64,000 nucleotides of DNA, taken from positions 1-64,000 of IMG/VR virus record IMGVR_UViG_3300033182_000980; one strand, 5' to 3'. The position numbers were made by a program, and so were the translations under genes. The notes beneath the pieces are model-generated. The model saw only the letters and a program-made list of their open reading frames with translations, did no database searches and was not told the DNA's origin. Below, in pieces: positions 57,108-64,000 of this stretch. Numbering within the stretch: position 1 is the first letter of the stretch; every line of letters begins with the position of its first letter.

Positions 57108-58142
57108 TTACCCTCTCAAGTTAAGATACGAACGAGCAACACGCTTCGCCATCTTCTGGCTTCTACGAGAAAGATCGGGATCGCCTTTGTCACCCCGACC
57201 AACCCCTTGCAGATCGGGGTCATCGCTGATTTCTACTCTGTTCTTACGAAGGTCTTTACGAGGTGGTTTCTTCTTAGGTGCTTTACGGATGAGCTTCTGA
57301 GCGGCTTCATCTTCTTTTTCAGCTTGAGTCTTGGTCGCTGTTCTTGCTCTCTTCAAGAGTTGTAGCTGATCTTCAAAATCATCAAGTCTCCATTCTAAAG
57401 CATTAACACCTTTACTATGATACTCATGCTCTTTGATTTCTTTCATCTCCATCTTTAATCCCTTGATGATCGCTTCGACCATAGGGATATATTCGGGCTT
57501 ATAAAAGTATTCAGCATCTAGTAAGCCCGAAGCGTACCTGCTAGGCTCTTTTCCTTTAGGTAATAAATGTAGACCCTTGATGTAAGTGGGTTCGTATGGG
57601 GGTAGACCCTCTAAAGGTCCAAAGTATTCAGCAATCTCCCACTCAAAATCTACATATAAATTGTCGTTCCCACGATTGAACCGATCTAAGAGATCGTCCA
57701 TACTCTCCTCATAGTCGCTGTAGTCTGTGGCGAACTTCATGTGAGGACAGATATATGAACTTGCCTTACGCTCCATACTCGCCATCTTACGGACATCAAA
57801 ACAATGTCCTGCAAAGCTCTTTCTGACAACTCTGAGAGCTTGAGCGAGGATGAGGTAAAACCTATGAGCGTGTTCGCTATCTTTGGTGTCGAGCCAAACT
57901 GCTTGAAGTTTTCTAATCTCTTCGGCTTTACCGTCTAAGACATCTACATATTTTAGGTTCTTATCAAGAGACACAGCTTCCTCGAACAGAGCTTCTATGG
58001 TGATGAAGTGCTTACGGATGCAGTCGGGGCATCTTTTACGAGGCTGGTTAAGGTGATCTTCGAGTAGGACGATCTGCTTACAGATCTCACGAAGATTATA
58101 TAATGGACTCATAATCGGCAATAAACCTTGATCGTTGCTCAT
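57108..58142 (-). CDS. Hypothetical late protein
   Basis: 344 aa; LLEDHL...RCPDCIRKH; motif B at 58185-58200. Confidence 0.65.
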   Translation of the reverse strand: MSNDQGLLPIMSPLYNLREICKQIVLLEDHLNQPRKRCPDCIRKHFITIEALFEEAVSLDKNLKYVDVLDGKAEEIRKLQAVWLDTKDSEHAHRFYLILAQALRVVRKSFAGHCFDVRKMASMERKASSYICPHMKFATDYSDYEESMDDLLDRFNRGNDNLYVDFEWEIAEYFGPLEGLPPYEPTYIKGLHLLPKGKEPSRYASGLLDAEYFYKPEYIPMVEAIIKGLKMEMKEIKEHEYHSKGVNALEWRLDDFEDQLQLLKRARTATKTQAEKEDEAAQKLIRKAPKKKPPRKDLRKNRVEISDDPDLQGVGRGDKGDPDLSRRSQKMAKRVARSYLNLRG

Positions 58143-58249
58143 AACTACACCTCTTTTCTTAAGATACTAACTACAAGAGAGAAATATAAACAAACTATTA
58201 AACTTAGGCTCGTTGTCCGAAATCTCTCGGTTGGCTCGTTAAGTAAATC

Positions 58250-58266
58250 GTAACCCCTTATCTATA
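58250..58266 (+). promoter_or_regulatory. Motif A (putative early promoter); further copies at 58388 and 58872
   Basis: GTAACCCCTTATCTATA; each copy precedes an RBS and ATG. Confidence 0.65.
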
Positions 58267-58319
58267 GACTTGTGTAAGAGGAGCGATCCTCACTAACCCT
58301 CACTCCCAAAGGAGAACAA

Positions 58320-58385
58320 ATGCTACTCAAGCTACTCATAATCGCCGCAGTCATCGCACATCTAAAAGCTACACGAAGGTGGTAA
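58320..58385 (+). CDS. 21-aa hydrophobic peptide
   Basis: MLLKLLIIAAVIAHLKATRRW with its own motif A and AAGGAG RBS. Confidence 0.5.
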   Translation: MLLKLLIIAAVIAHLKATRRW

Positions 58386-58438
58386 TGGTAACCCCTTATT
58401 TATAGGCTCTATGTAATCACTCTTAAAGGAGACACATC

Positions 58439-58852
58439 ATGCAGAACTTCCCACATCTCAAAGGTATCGCAGTCGGATCAAAGGTCATCTTCGGTCGCCC
58501 CAATGGGGAGCAGACCAAAGGTGAGGTCATAAAAATCAACCGAAAGTCTGTCAAGGTACGACAGACAGAGGTTCGGTTCGGCAATGGACGCACACGCTCT
58601 GTTGGGGCTGTTTGGAATGTCCACCCCAACCTTCTTCGTCTTGAAGGTGGGTCTACCCCAACCCCTCGCACTCAAGCCCCACAGACCTCAAACACACGCA
58701 CCTTTAAGCGTGGAGAAAAGGTCAGCTTTCGGGGTAGTAAGGGCGAGGTTCTTGAGGGGTTCGTCAAGAGCGTCAATCGCAAGACTGTGAGCGTTGAGCC
58801 ACAGAAAGGTTCTCTTCAGTATTGGAGAGTACCATTCGGACTCTTTGTCTAA
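58439..58852 (+). CDS. Tandem SH3/KOW-like domain protein
   Basis: Two G.KV.F....G....G.V...NRK.V.V...W.V repeats. Confidence 0.65.
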   Translation: MQNFPHLKGIAVGSKVIFGRPNGEQTKGEVIKINRKSVKVRQTEVRFGNGRTRSVGAVWNVHPNLLRLEGGSTPTPRTQAPQTSNTRTFKRGEKVSFRGSKGEVLEGFVKSVNRKTVSVEPQKGSLQYWRVPFGLFV

Positions 58853-58926
58853 CAGCCTTTATCCAATATGCGTAACCCCTTATTCATATAACTACATAAC
58901 GAAACCCACTCCCACTAGGAGACAAT

Positions 58927-59430
58927 ATGACTGTTTCAGCCCCCCAAAACCCCCGATACATCTTGGTACAGGAAGAATATGGATACCGACATTGGATCGG
59001 TGTCCTGCCCTCCGAGATGACCGTTGAGTCGATCATCGAGTGGTGGAAAGCACTCCCATCGGTCACAGGGATGTTCTTCAATCCAAGTAAGAGCTTCCCC
59101 CTCCCGACTCTTATCGAGCTTGAAGATGTCGCCCCTGATGGTGCAGACAAAGCCACATGGCAATGGGTAGACCCCGATGGTCAAGAGCATATCCTTGATC
59201 GCTCAAATGTAGTGCTGTTCGCCCATGTCCACATGGATGATGACAGCTACCTCAAAATCCCTAGAGGTGAGATTTTCCACCATGCAGGGTATGGGGAGAT
59301 GCCCTTCGCAGATGAGGATGAAGAAGAGTTTGACGAGCCACCTACCGAAGAACAAATCAGAGAGTGGGCTTCCGAGAGCGAGCTTAGTAAGAAGGTACTT
59401 CAAGCCTTGCATCCAGAGGTGAAGCTATGA
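58927..59430 (+). CDS. Early hypothetical protein
   Basis: 167 aa, AGGAG RBS, motif A at 58872. Confidence 0.65.
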   Translation: MTVSAPQNPRYILVQEEYGYRHWIGVLPSEMTVESIIEWWKALPSVTGMFFNPSKSFPLPTLIELEDVAPDGADKATWQWVDPDGQEHILDRSNVVLFAHVHMDDDSYLKIPRGEIFHHAGYGEMPFADEDEEEFDEPPTEEQIREWASESELSKKVLQALHPEVKL

Positions 59431-59597
59431 GTCCGACAGTAGTCGTGCCGAGTGGCTGGGTATTCGCCTATCTGATCGGTATCGTATTTTGCTTTTACAA
59501 GGCACACAAAACCAACAGGGTAGAGCTGTTCTTTGCCATAGGCATGATCTACCTACTCGCACTCTCAATAGGACTCCGACTCCACTATGCCTCTTGA
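59427..59597 (+). CDS. Small two-TM protein (56 aa)
   Basis: ATGA-coupled; MSPTVVVPSGWVFAYLIGIVF... Confidence 0.5.
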   Translation: MSPTVVVPSGWVFAYLIGIVFCFYKAHKTNRVELFFAIGMIYLLALSIGLRLHYAS

Positions 59598-59745
59598 CAC
59601 CTATTATTCGACACTCATTGGTCTACTCTTCATCTCATTTGGGGTAGGTTTGTTTTACTCAACTACAAGAGCGAGATACTTCGCCTATGCCGGTGTCGGC
59701 TCTTACATTATAGGAATACTTTTAGGAGTTTATTGTGGCTACTAA
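59587..59745 (+). CDS. Small two-TM protein (52 aa)
   Basis: MPLDTYYSTLIGLLFISFGVGLFY... Confidence 0.45.
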   Translation: MPLDTYYSTLIGLLFISFGVGLFYSTTRARYFAYAGVGSYIIGILLGVYCGY

Positions 59746-59905
59746 TAAATACGCAAAGAACAAGAGATCAGTTTACTTATCCGACCAAATAGTCCAAGAG
59801 CTAGAGGCCGAAGCCAAGCGTCAAGATAGGACGGTATCTTGGTTGATCAAGAGAGCTTGGCTTGAGTCTCGTGAGAAGATCAAGAAATATCCGGATGCAA
59901 GATGA
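59735..59905 (+). CDS. Ribbon-helix-helix small protein, TIGR04563 (MXAN_4361/4362)-like
   Basis: KRSVYLSDQIVQELEAEAKRQDRTVSWLIKRAW..SREKIKKYP; AGGAG RBS, GTG start. Confidence 0.7.
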   Translation: MATNKYAKNKRSVYLSDQIVQELEAEAKRQDRTVSWLIKRAWLESREKIKKYPDAR

Positions 59906-60243
59906 AAACAGAACTAAGAGATGGTCAAAGGGTGTGGACTAAGGAGTCCATAGAAACCATCCTCAAAAGCTACCTTGGGGAACACCCTTACATAAACTAC
60001 CAAAAAGTCAAAGTGTTGCTACACGAGGGTCTTGAGGAAGCTGGATTTGAGCAGAAAAAAGGTGTCGCTAAAGAAAACCACTTTACAATGGTTTATGAGT
60101 CAGAGAAATGGTTCTGCTCTGTTCACCTCTTGTACTTAAAGGATGAAGCAAAGGTGGTGTTCATAATCGGCTTGAAGATGCACCCTGTAGAAGATTTGGT
60201 CTATCTATGGGACTACATAAGAGCATCATGGTCGAGTAGATGA
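59902..60243 (+). CDS. Paralog family X member 1
   Basis: DGQRVWT...LWDYIRASW. Confidence 0.65.
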   Translation: MKTELRDGQRVWTKESIETILKSYLGEHPYINYQKVKVLLHEGLEEAGFEQKKGVAKENHFTMVYESEKWFCSVHLLYLKDEAKVVFIIGLKMHPVEDLVYLWDYIRASWSSR

Positions 60244-60585
60244 CCAGAAATCTCGAATACGCTCAAAGAGGTTTACAAAGTCGTCCACCTCTATAACAAA
60301 TAGATTTACTGCGTCCTCATCAGCATGACTATCATAGATCACAACTTTAGGATCTGACTTTATGCACTTTATGTAGTATCTACGATCAAGCCAAAAAGTC
60401 TCATCCTTAGACCGAGTTAGACCACACTCTTTGAGGGCATTTTCTATGTGTTCGATAAGTAGAAATCGTGCTTGGGGATTACTGGATATAGCTGACATTG
60501 TAGCCATTTTGCGTAGGTAGTGCAGACCGTACTTAGTCCATTCTCTTTGATTGGACTCATTTTTCTGTGTTACCTGTGGATTCAT
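60226..60585 (-). CDS. Paralog family X member 2
   Basis: NQREWTKYGL...LFERIRDFW; start at MNPQ. Confidence 0.6.
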   Translation of the reverse strand: MNPQVTQKNESNQREWTKYGLHYLRKMATMSAISSNPQARFLLIEHIENALKECGLTRSKDETFWLDRRYYIKCIKSDPKVVIYDSHADEDAVNLFVIEVDDFVNLFERIRDFWSSTRP

Positions 60586-60889
60586 GGCTTTTAGTCCAGT
60601 AGTCTCGTATGATGGTGAATAAATCTTTCCATCTACTATACCCAAACTCTCTACTTGGGAGATGTTCGGACACTAAACTAATGAGTTGTATTTTCTCATG
60701 TATCTCGATCACTATGGGGTCTAGGGTAAAGACTAGGTAATCCTCAACAGGAGTAGGTTCTTGCTTAGTGGCTTCCTTTAATCCGATAAGTATTAAAGGG
60801 TGTAATGAGGTAGTGTAGGATTTAAACAAGGTGGCGTTTTCCTCATGCCAAACTCTCTCCCCATTAACGACATGGGTGAGGTTAGCCAT
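60557..60889 (-). CDS. Paralog family X member 3
   Basis: VNGERVW...LFTIIRDYW; start at MANL. Confidence 0.6.
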   Translation of the reverse strand: MANLTHVVNGERVWHEENATLFKSYTTSLHPLILIGLKEATKQEPTPVEDYLVFTLDPIVIEIHEKIQLISLVSEHLPSREFGYSRWKDLFTIIRDYWTKSHESTGNTEK

Positions 60890-61211
60890 GACAGTTATCC
60901 CAAACGATCCGAATACGATCAAAGAGTGTTGTGGGGTCAACTACTTTTTCAATCGGTTCATCGTCTGGAGAATCTACCTTGCAAATGAGGACTGCACCTT
61001 TATTGTTCACTCGAACAAACATTTCTTGATTGAGCCAGAACATCCTTGAGTCATGTGTAGATTTAAGGCCACATTCTTGGAGTGCGTTTGAGATGATGAT
61101 GGCTTTGAATATGCCACTATCTCTATGGTTTGGGTCGAGCGTTTGAAGCTCACTTAAACCATAAAAGGACCACTGCCTACGGCCATTAACTTTCTCGGTT
61201 AGCGTTTTCAT
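60882..61211 (-). CDS. Paralog family X member 4
   Basis: VNGRRQWSFYGL...LFDRIRIVW. Confidence 0.65.
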   Translation of the reverse strand: MKTLTEKVNGRRQWSFYGLSELQTLDPNHRDSGIFKAIIISNALQECGLKSTHDSRMFWLNQEMFVRVNNKGAVLICKVDSPDDEPIEKVVDPTTLFDRIRIVWDNCHG

Positions 61212-61407
61212 TTCGGATATACCTCAACTTTGCCTCATACTCATCATTTGCAAACAATACATCAATCTCATCTTGGATTTGAGCGGATGCTGACTGAACG
61301 ATTTGCTCTGCTTTGAGATCAAGGTGATCCAAAGGCTTTGCAGAGCCAGTGATGCGAGCGTAAGTGTAAGATTCAATAATCTGGTCGATAGTCATTGTTG
61401 CCTCCAT
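61186..61407 (-). CDS. Hypothetical protein (start uncertain)
   Basis: Likely start at MEAT or MTIDQ. Confidence 0.45.
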   Translation of the reverse strand: MEATMTIDQIIESYTYARITGSAKPLDHLDLKAEQIVQSASAQIQDEIDVLFANDEYEAKLRYIRNENANRES

Positions 61408-61414
61408 AGGTTGG

Positions 61415-61666
61415 TTAGGACTTGTTATATGATTTCTCTTCTTCCAACCCATAAGTTCGGACACCCTCTTTAGCAAACTCACGAGCGATAAGATACTCTG
61501 CGAGCTGTCCATTCAGAGTGGCGATACGCTCGTCTACATACTCGTACGGATCATTTCGCTCTTTCCAATCTTCATACCAGTTTATCATCCTTTGATATGC
61601 TTCGATCTGTGCGTTGATATGATCTATCTTAGATATGTCTATTGTATATCTCGGTAAAGGGTTCAA
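61415..61666 (-). CDS. Hypothetical protein
   Basis: 83 aa, AAGGAGG RBS. Confidence 0.55.
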   Translation of the reverse strand: MNPLPRYTIDISKIDHINAQIEAYQRMINWYEDWKERNDPYEYVDERIATLNGQLAEYLIAREFAKEGVRTYGLEEEKSYNKS

Positions 61667-61714
61667 TAGATACCTCCTTATAGTTTCTTTATACTACCAC
61701 CAAAGAAAAGGAGA

Positions 61715-63145
61715 GTGAATATGCCCACACCACAAGAAGAAAGAAAAATCTTAGCATTTCAACGAAAAGCCCTCACAGCTTTTAAGGCTCTTATCAAAGA
61801 CCTCAAAAGCTACGGAGATCAAGCTAAGTCTGAACATAAAGGTCGAGGGCAAGCTGTCATCAACAAGAGGAAAAGACATATCGTTAAGTCGATCAAGACG
61901 CTCCCTCAAGTTCTCACATTCATGGAGAAGTTTGTCGGGTCAGACGAAGTGAGTGATAAAGCATACTCTTGGAGGAACACCACCATGTACCTCATTCGTG
62001 ATTACTTGGCTGGTCAAAAGACGCTAAAAGATGTGAGCGATACATTCAAGAAAAACAGTATCAGATCATTCAAAGCAATAGAAATCCACAAGAGCCAAGC
62101 GTCTCTTAAATCGGTGATTCCCGTAGAGCTAAGGGCGTATTTACCCGACACAATCACGATTGATGTAGATGAAGAAGGGTACATCAAGAAGATTAACGAT
62201 ATGTTCGGAAACAAGACCTACACTTTATCCGAAAAGATCAAGTCGCAGAAGAAGCTCATCAAAAAGTACAACACAATCGTTAAGCAGATTAAGAAGGATC
62301 TCAAATCAAGAGATGAGAAGGCTAAACTCTCTGCAATCATCACTTCAATCATCATGGAAACAGGGATAAGGCCAGGAAAGATCGGTAATGGGATTGTAGA
62401 AACAGTAGATGATCAAGAGGTGGAAGTTGAAACATTCGGAGCGATCACGCTGAACCCTTCCCATGTTAACTTTGTGAGGGAGAACTTTGCCGAGCTTAGT
62501 TTCAGAGGAAAGATGGGGACTGTAAACACTGCGGCTATCTCTAACTCTGCAATCGTCAAAGTGCTGAAAGATTATGTAGACAATGCTCTTGAGTCTGGAT
62601 CTGATTACATCTTCATCACAAGTGAGGGTGAACAGTTCACCTATCAAGACCTTGTGAGATACTTTAGGATTAACTTTAAGGGATTTAAGATCACTGACTT
62701 TAGGAAGCTAAGAGCAACCCAAGAAGTTTTTGACGGACTCCAAGAAGAAAGAGACTCAATGCTTCGGAGGATTAAAGAAGTAGCAGAGCTTGAGACAGAG
62801 GAGTTGACCCAGCGTGTTGTTGAGATCGTAGCCGAAACGATCAATAAAGCACACGAGAGAGCACAAGTGGCTTTGAGCCATGACAGTGGGTCTACCACTA
62901 AGAAATCATACATTAACCCAGAAGTGCTTTTAAGGTTCTTGAGTACAGCTTCTATGCAAAGCACTCTTAAAGAGAGCATTACAACAGGTAAGACAAAGCT
63001 CCACTTTGATCCAATGATGTTTGTTCGAGAGGCAACTCGGACAGCAAGTATGCTTATTTCTGCATCTGGAAGAACGCTAGAGAGTATAGATACAATCGTT
63101 GATATGTTAGAGCATATTTTTGACAATGGTATAGTAGAAGGTTGA
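61715..63145 (+). CDS. DNA topoisomerase IB
   Basis: Catalytic pentad: GIRPG (R), FRGK (K), DFRKLRAT (R), LSH (H), KKSYINP (Y); TFGAITL...H. Confidence 0.88.
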   Translation: MNMPTPQEERKILAFQRKALTAFKALIKDLKSYGDQAKSEHKGRGQAVINKRKRHIVKSIKTLPQVLTFMEKFVGSDEVSDKAYSWRNTTMYLIRDYLAGQKTLKDVSDTFKKNSIRSFKAIEIHKSQASLKSVIPVELRAYLPDTITIDVDEEGYIKKINDMFGNKTYTLSEKIKSQKKLIKKYNTIVKQIKKDLKSRDEKAKLSAIITSIIMETGIRPGKIGNGIVETVDDQEVEVETFGAITLNPSHVNFVRENFAELSFRGKMGTVNTAAISNSAIVKVLKDYVDNALESGSDYIFITSEGEQFTYQDLVRYFRINFKGFKITDFRKLRATQEVFDGLQEERDSMLRRIKEVAELETEELTQRVVEIVAETINKAHERAQVALSHDSGSTTKKSYINPEVLLRFLSTASMQSTLKESITTGKTKLHFDPMMFVREATRTASMLISASGRTLESIDTIVDMLEHIFDNGIVEG

Positions 63146-63167
63146 AACCCTAAAAAGAGGATGTGTT

Positions 63168-63791
63168 ATGACTAACATTAATGGCATCAAGAACGACCAT
63201 AATAAACAAAGAGGCAAGAACACCTTTGGTGGAGGGAATGAAAAATCTCTTTACATCCCAATGTCGGACATTGAGCAAGAGTTCATTGCTCGTCTTGTTG
63301 AACAGGGAGAAATCTTGGTTGAGTTTCATGGTTGGGGTACGGTTCAGCCTATCGTGACCTTTGGAGATAAGATCATCCATGCTCACATTAAAGTCTTGTT
63401 CCATAATGCACCGCCTCCTCCTGGCAAACCTGTTCCGTTCTTTGACATGGAGCTTCGGACTCAATCGGGGATCTGTCTATACAGACAAAAGATGCCGACA
63501 TCTTATGGGAACACACCAATCACCATCTCTAATGAAGTTGAGCTAGAGATGGTTTGGGATATAGCTCTCAAATATATTGATCCGAAGCTCATCAAGACGC
63601 TCATGCCACAGGTTACAGGGTTCACAACAAGACTTGAAGATCGGGATACTCACGACATCACGGTGACTGGTAATATGAAGCTCAATAAAGAGCAGATTAA
63701 GTCAGCTCATAGCCTTCATCAGAGCGAACAGAACATCAAAGTATATGATGAGAAGAAGCTCGCAGAGGCGATCAATAAAACCTCAAAGTAA
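63168..63791 (+). CDS. Hypothetical protein
   Basis: 207 aa, GAGG RBS. Confidence 0.6.
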   Translation: MTNINGIKNDHNKQRGKNTFGGGNEKSLYIPMSDIEQEFIARLVEQGEILVEFHGWGTVQPIVTFGDKIIHAHIKVLFHNAPPPPGKPVPFFDMELRTQSGICLYRQKMPTSYGNTPITISNEVELEMVWDIALKYIDPKLIKTLMPQVTGFTTRLEDRDTHDITVTGNMKLNKEQIKSAHSLHQSEQNIKVYDEKKLAEAINKTSK

Positions 63792-63998
63792 GACTCTATA
63801 GGGGTGATTATCCCAGGGCACTTCCTTAGCCCCCTTGGGTAAATCAACTCGCACCCTCTTATTGACATCTAAAAAGTAAACGACCTTCTTGCTAGGTAGC
63901 ACTTCATAATAGCATCCACTTAGCTGGTAAAGTTTCCACTTTAGATTTCTCTTGGCGAATAGAACTAAGCTACTAGGGAATAACTCTTCTAGTAGGTA
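63783..63998 (-). CDS. Partial ORF running off the window end
   Basis: Open frame from the window edge to TGA at 63783. Confidence 0.35.
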   Translation of the reverse strand, partial: YLLEELFPSSLVLFAKRNLKWKLYQLSGCYYEVLPSKKVVYFLDVNKRVRVDLPKGAKEVPWDNHPYRVLL

Positions 63999-64000
63999 GC

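Noticed and set aside
1-64000. CRISPR array, tRNA or rRNA genes
   Set aside because: No regularly spaced repeats with unique spacers and no cloverleaf or rRNA-like tract seen by eye; tRNAscan was not run.

Overview
This window is 64 kb of a large (probably jumbo) tailed dsDNA phage genome: dense two-strand coding, many ATGA/TAATG-coupled ORFs, standard code, and no rRNA, tRNA or CRISPR seen. Virion genes: terminase large subunit with two LAGLIDADG inteins, prohead protease, acidic EF-hand scaffold, decoration protein, major capsid protein, amidase endolysin. DNA and nucleotide genes: DnaX, a half-Rad50/SbcC, topoisomerase IB, dCMP deaminase, deoxynucleoside kinase, PhoH, a giant SNF2-type polyvalent protein. 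Host-like genes: glutamine synthetase II, divergent GroEL, Sir2, CNNM/CBS, NusG, a class III cyclase. Two dispersed motifs mark probable early (GTAACCCCTTAT) and late (TAATAGTTnnTTTAT) promoters, and several late RBSs sit in hairpins. A small TIGR04563-like gene suggests a Myxococcota-type host. Best candidates for new biology: (1) a DNA methyltransferase split into separate catalytic and SAM-binding genes plus three alternative free-standing variable-region cassettes, with an intein in the catalytic gene that hides an HNH endonuclease in the +1 frame; (2) a ~24-aa N-terminal leader (MRRTASE..LE.R.ARLERQA) on five dispersed, otherwise unrelated proteins, which may be a capsid-targeting tag for cargo. 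All calls come from motif recognition by eye; no searches were run.
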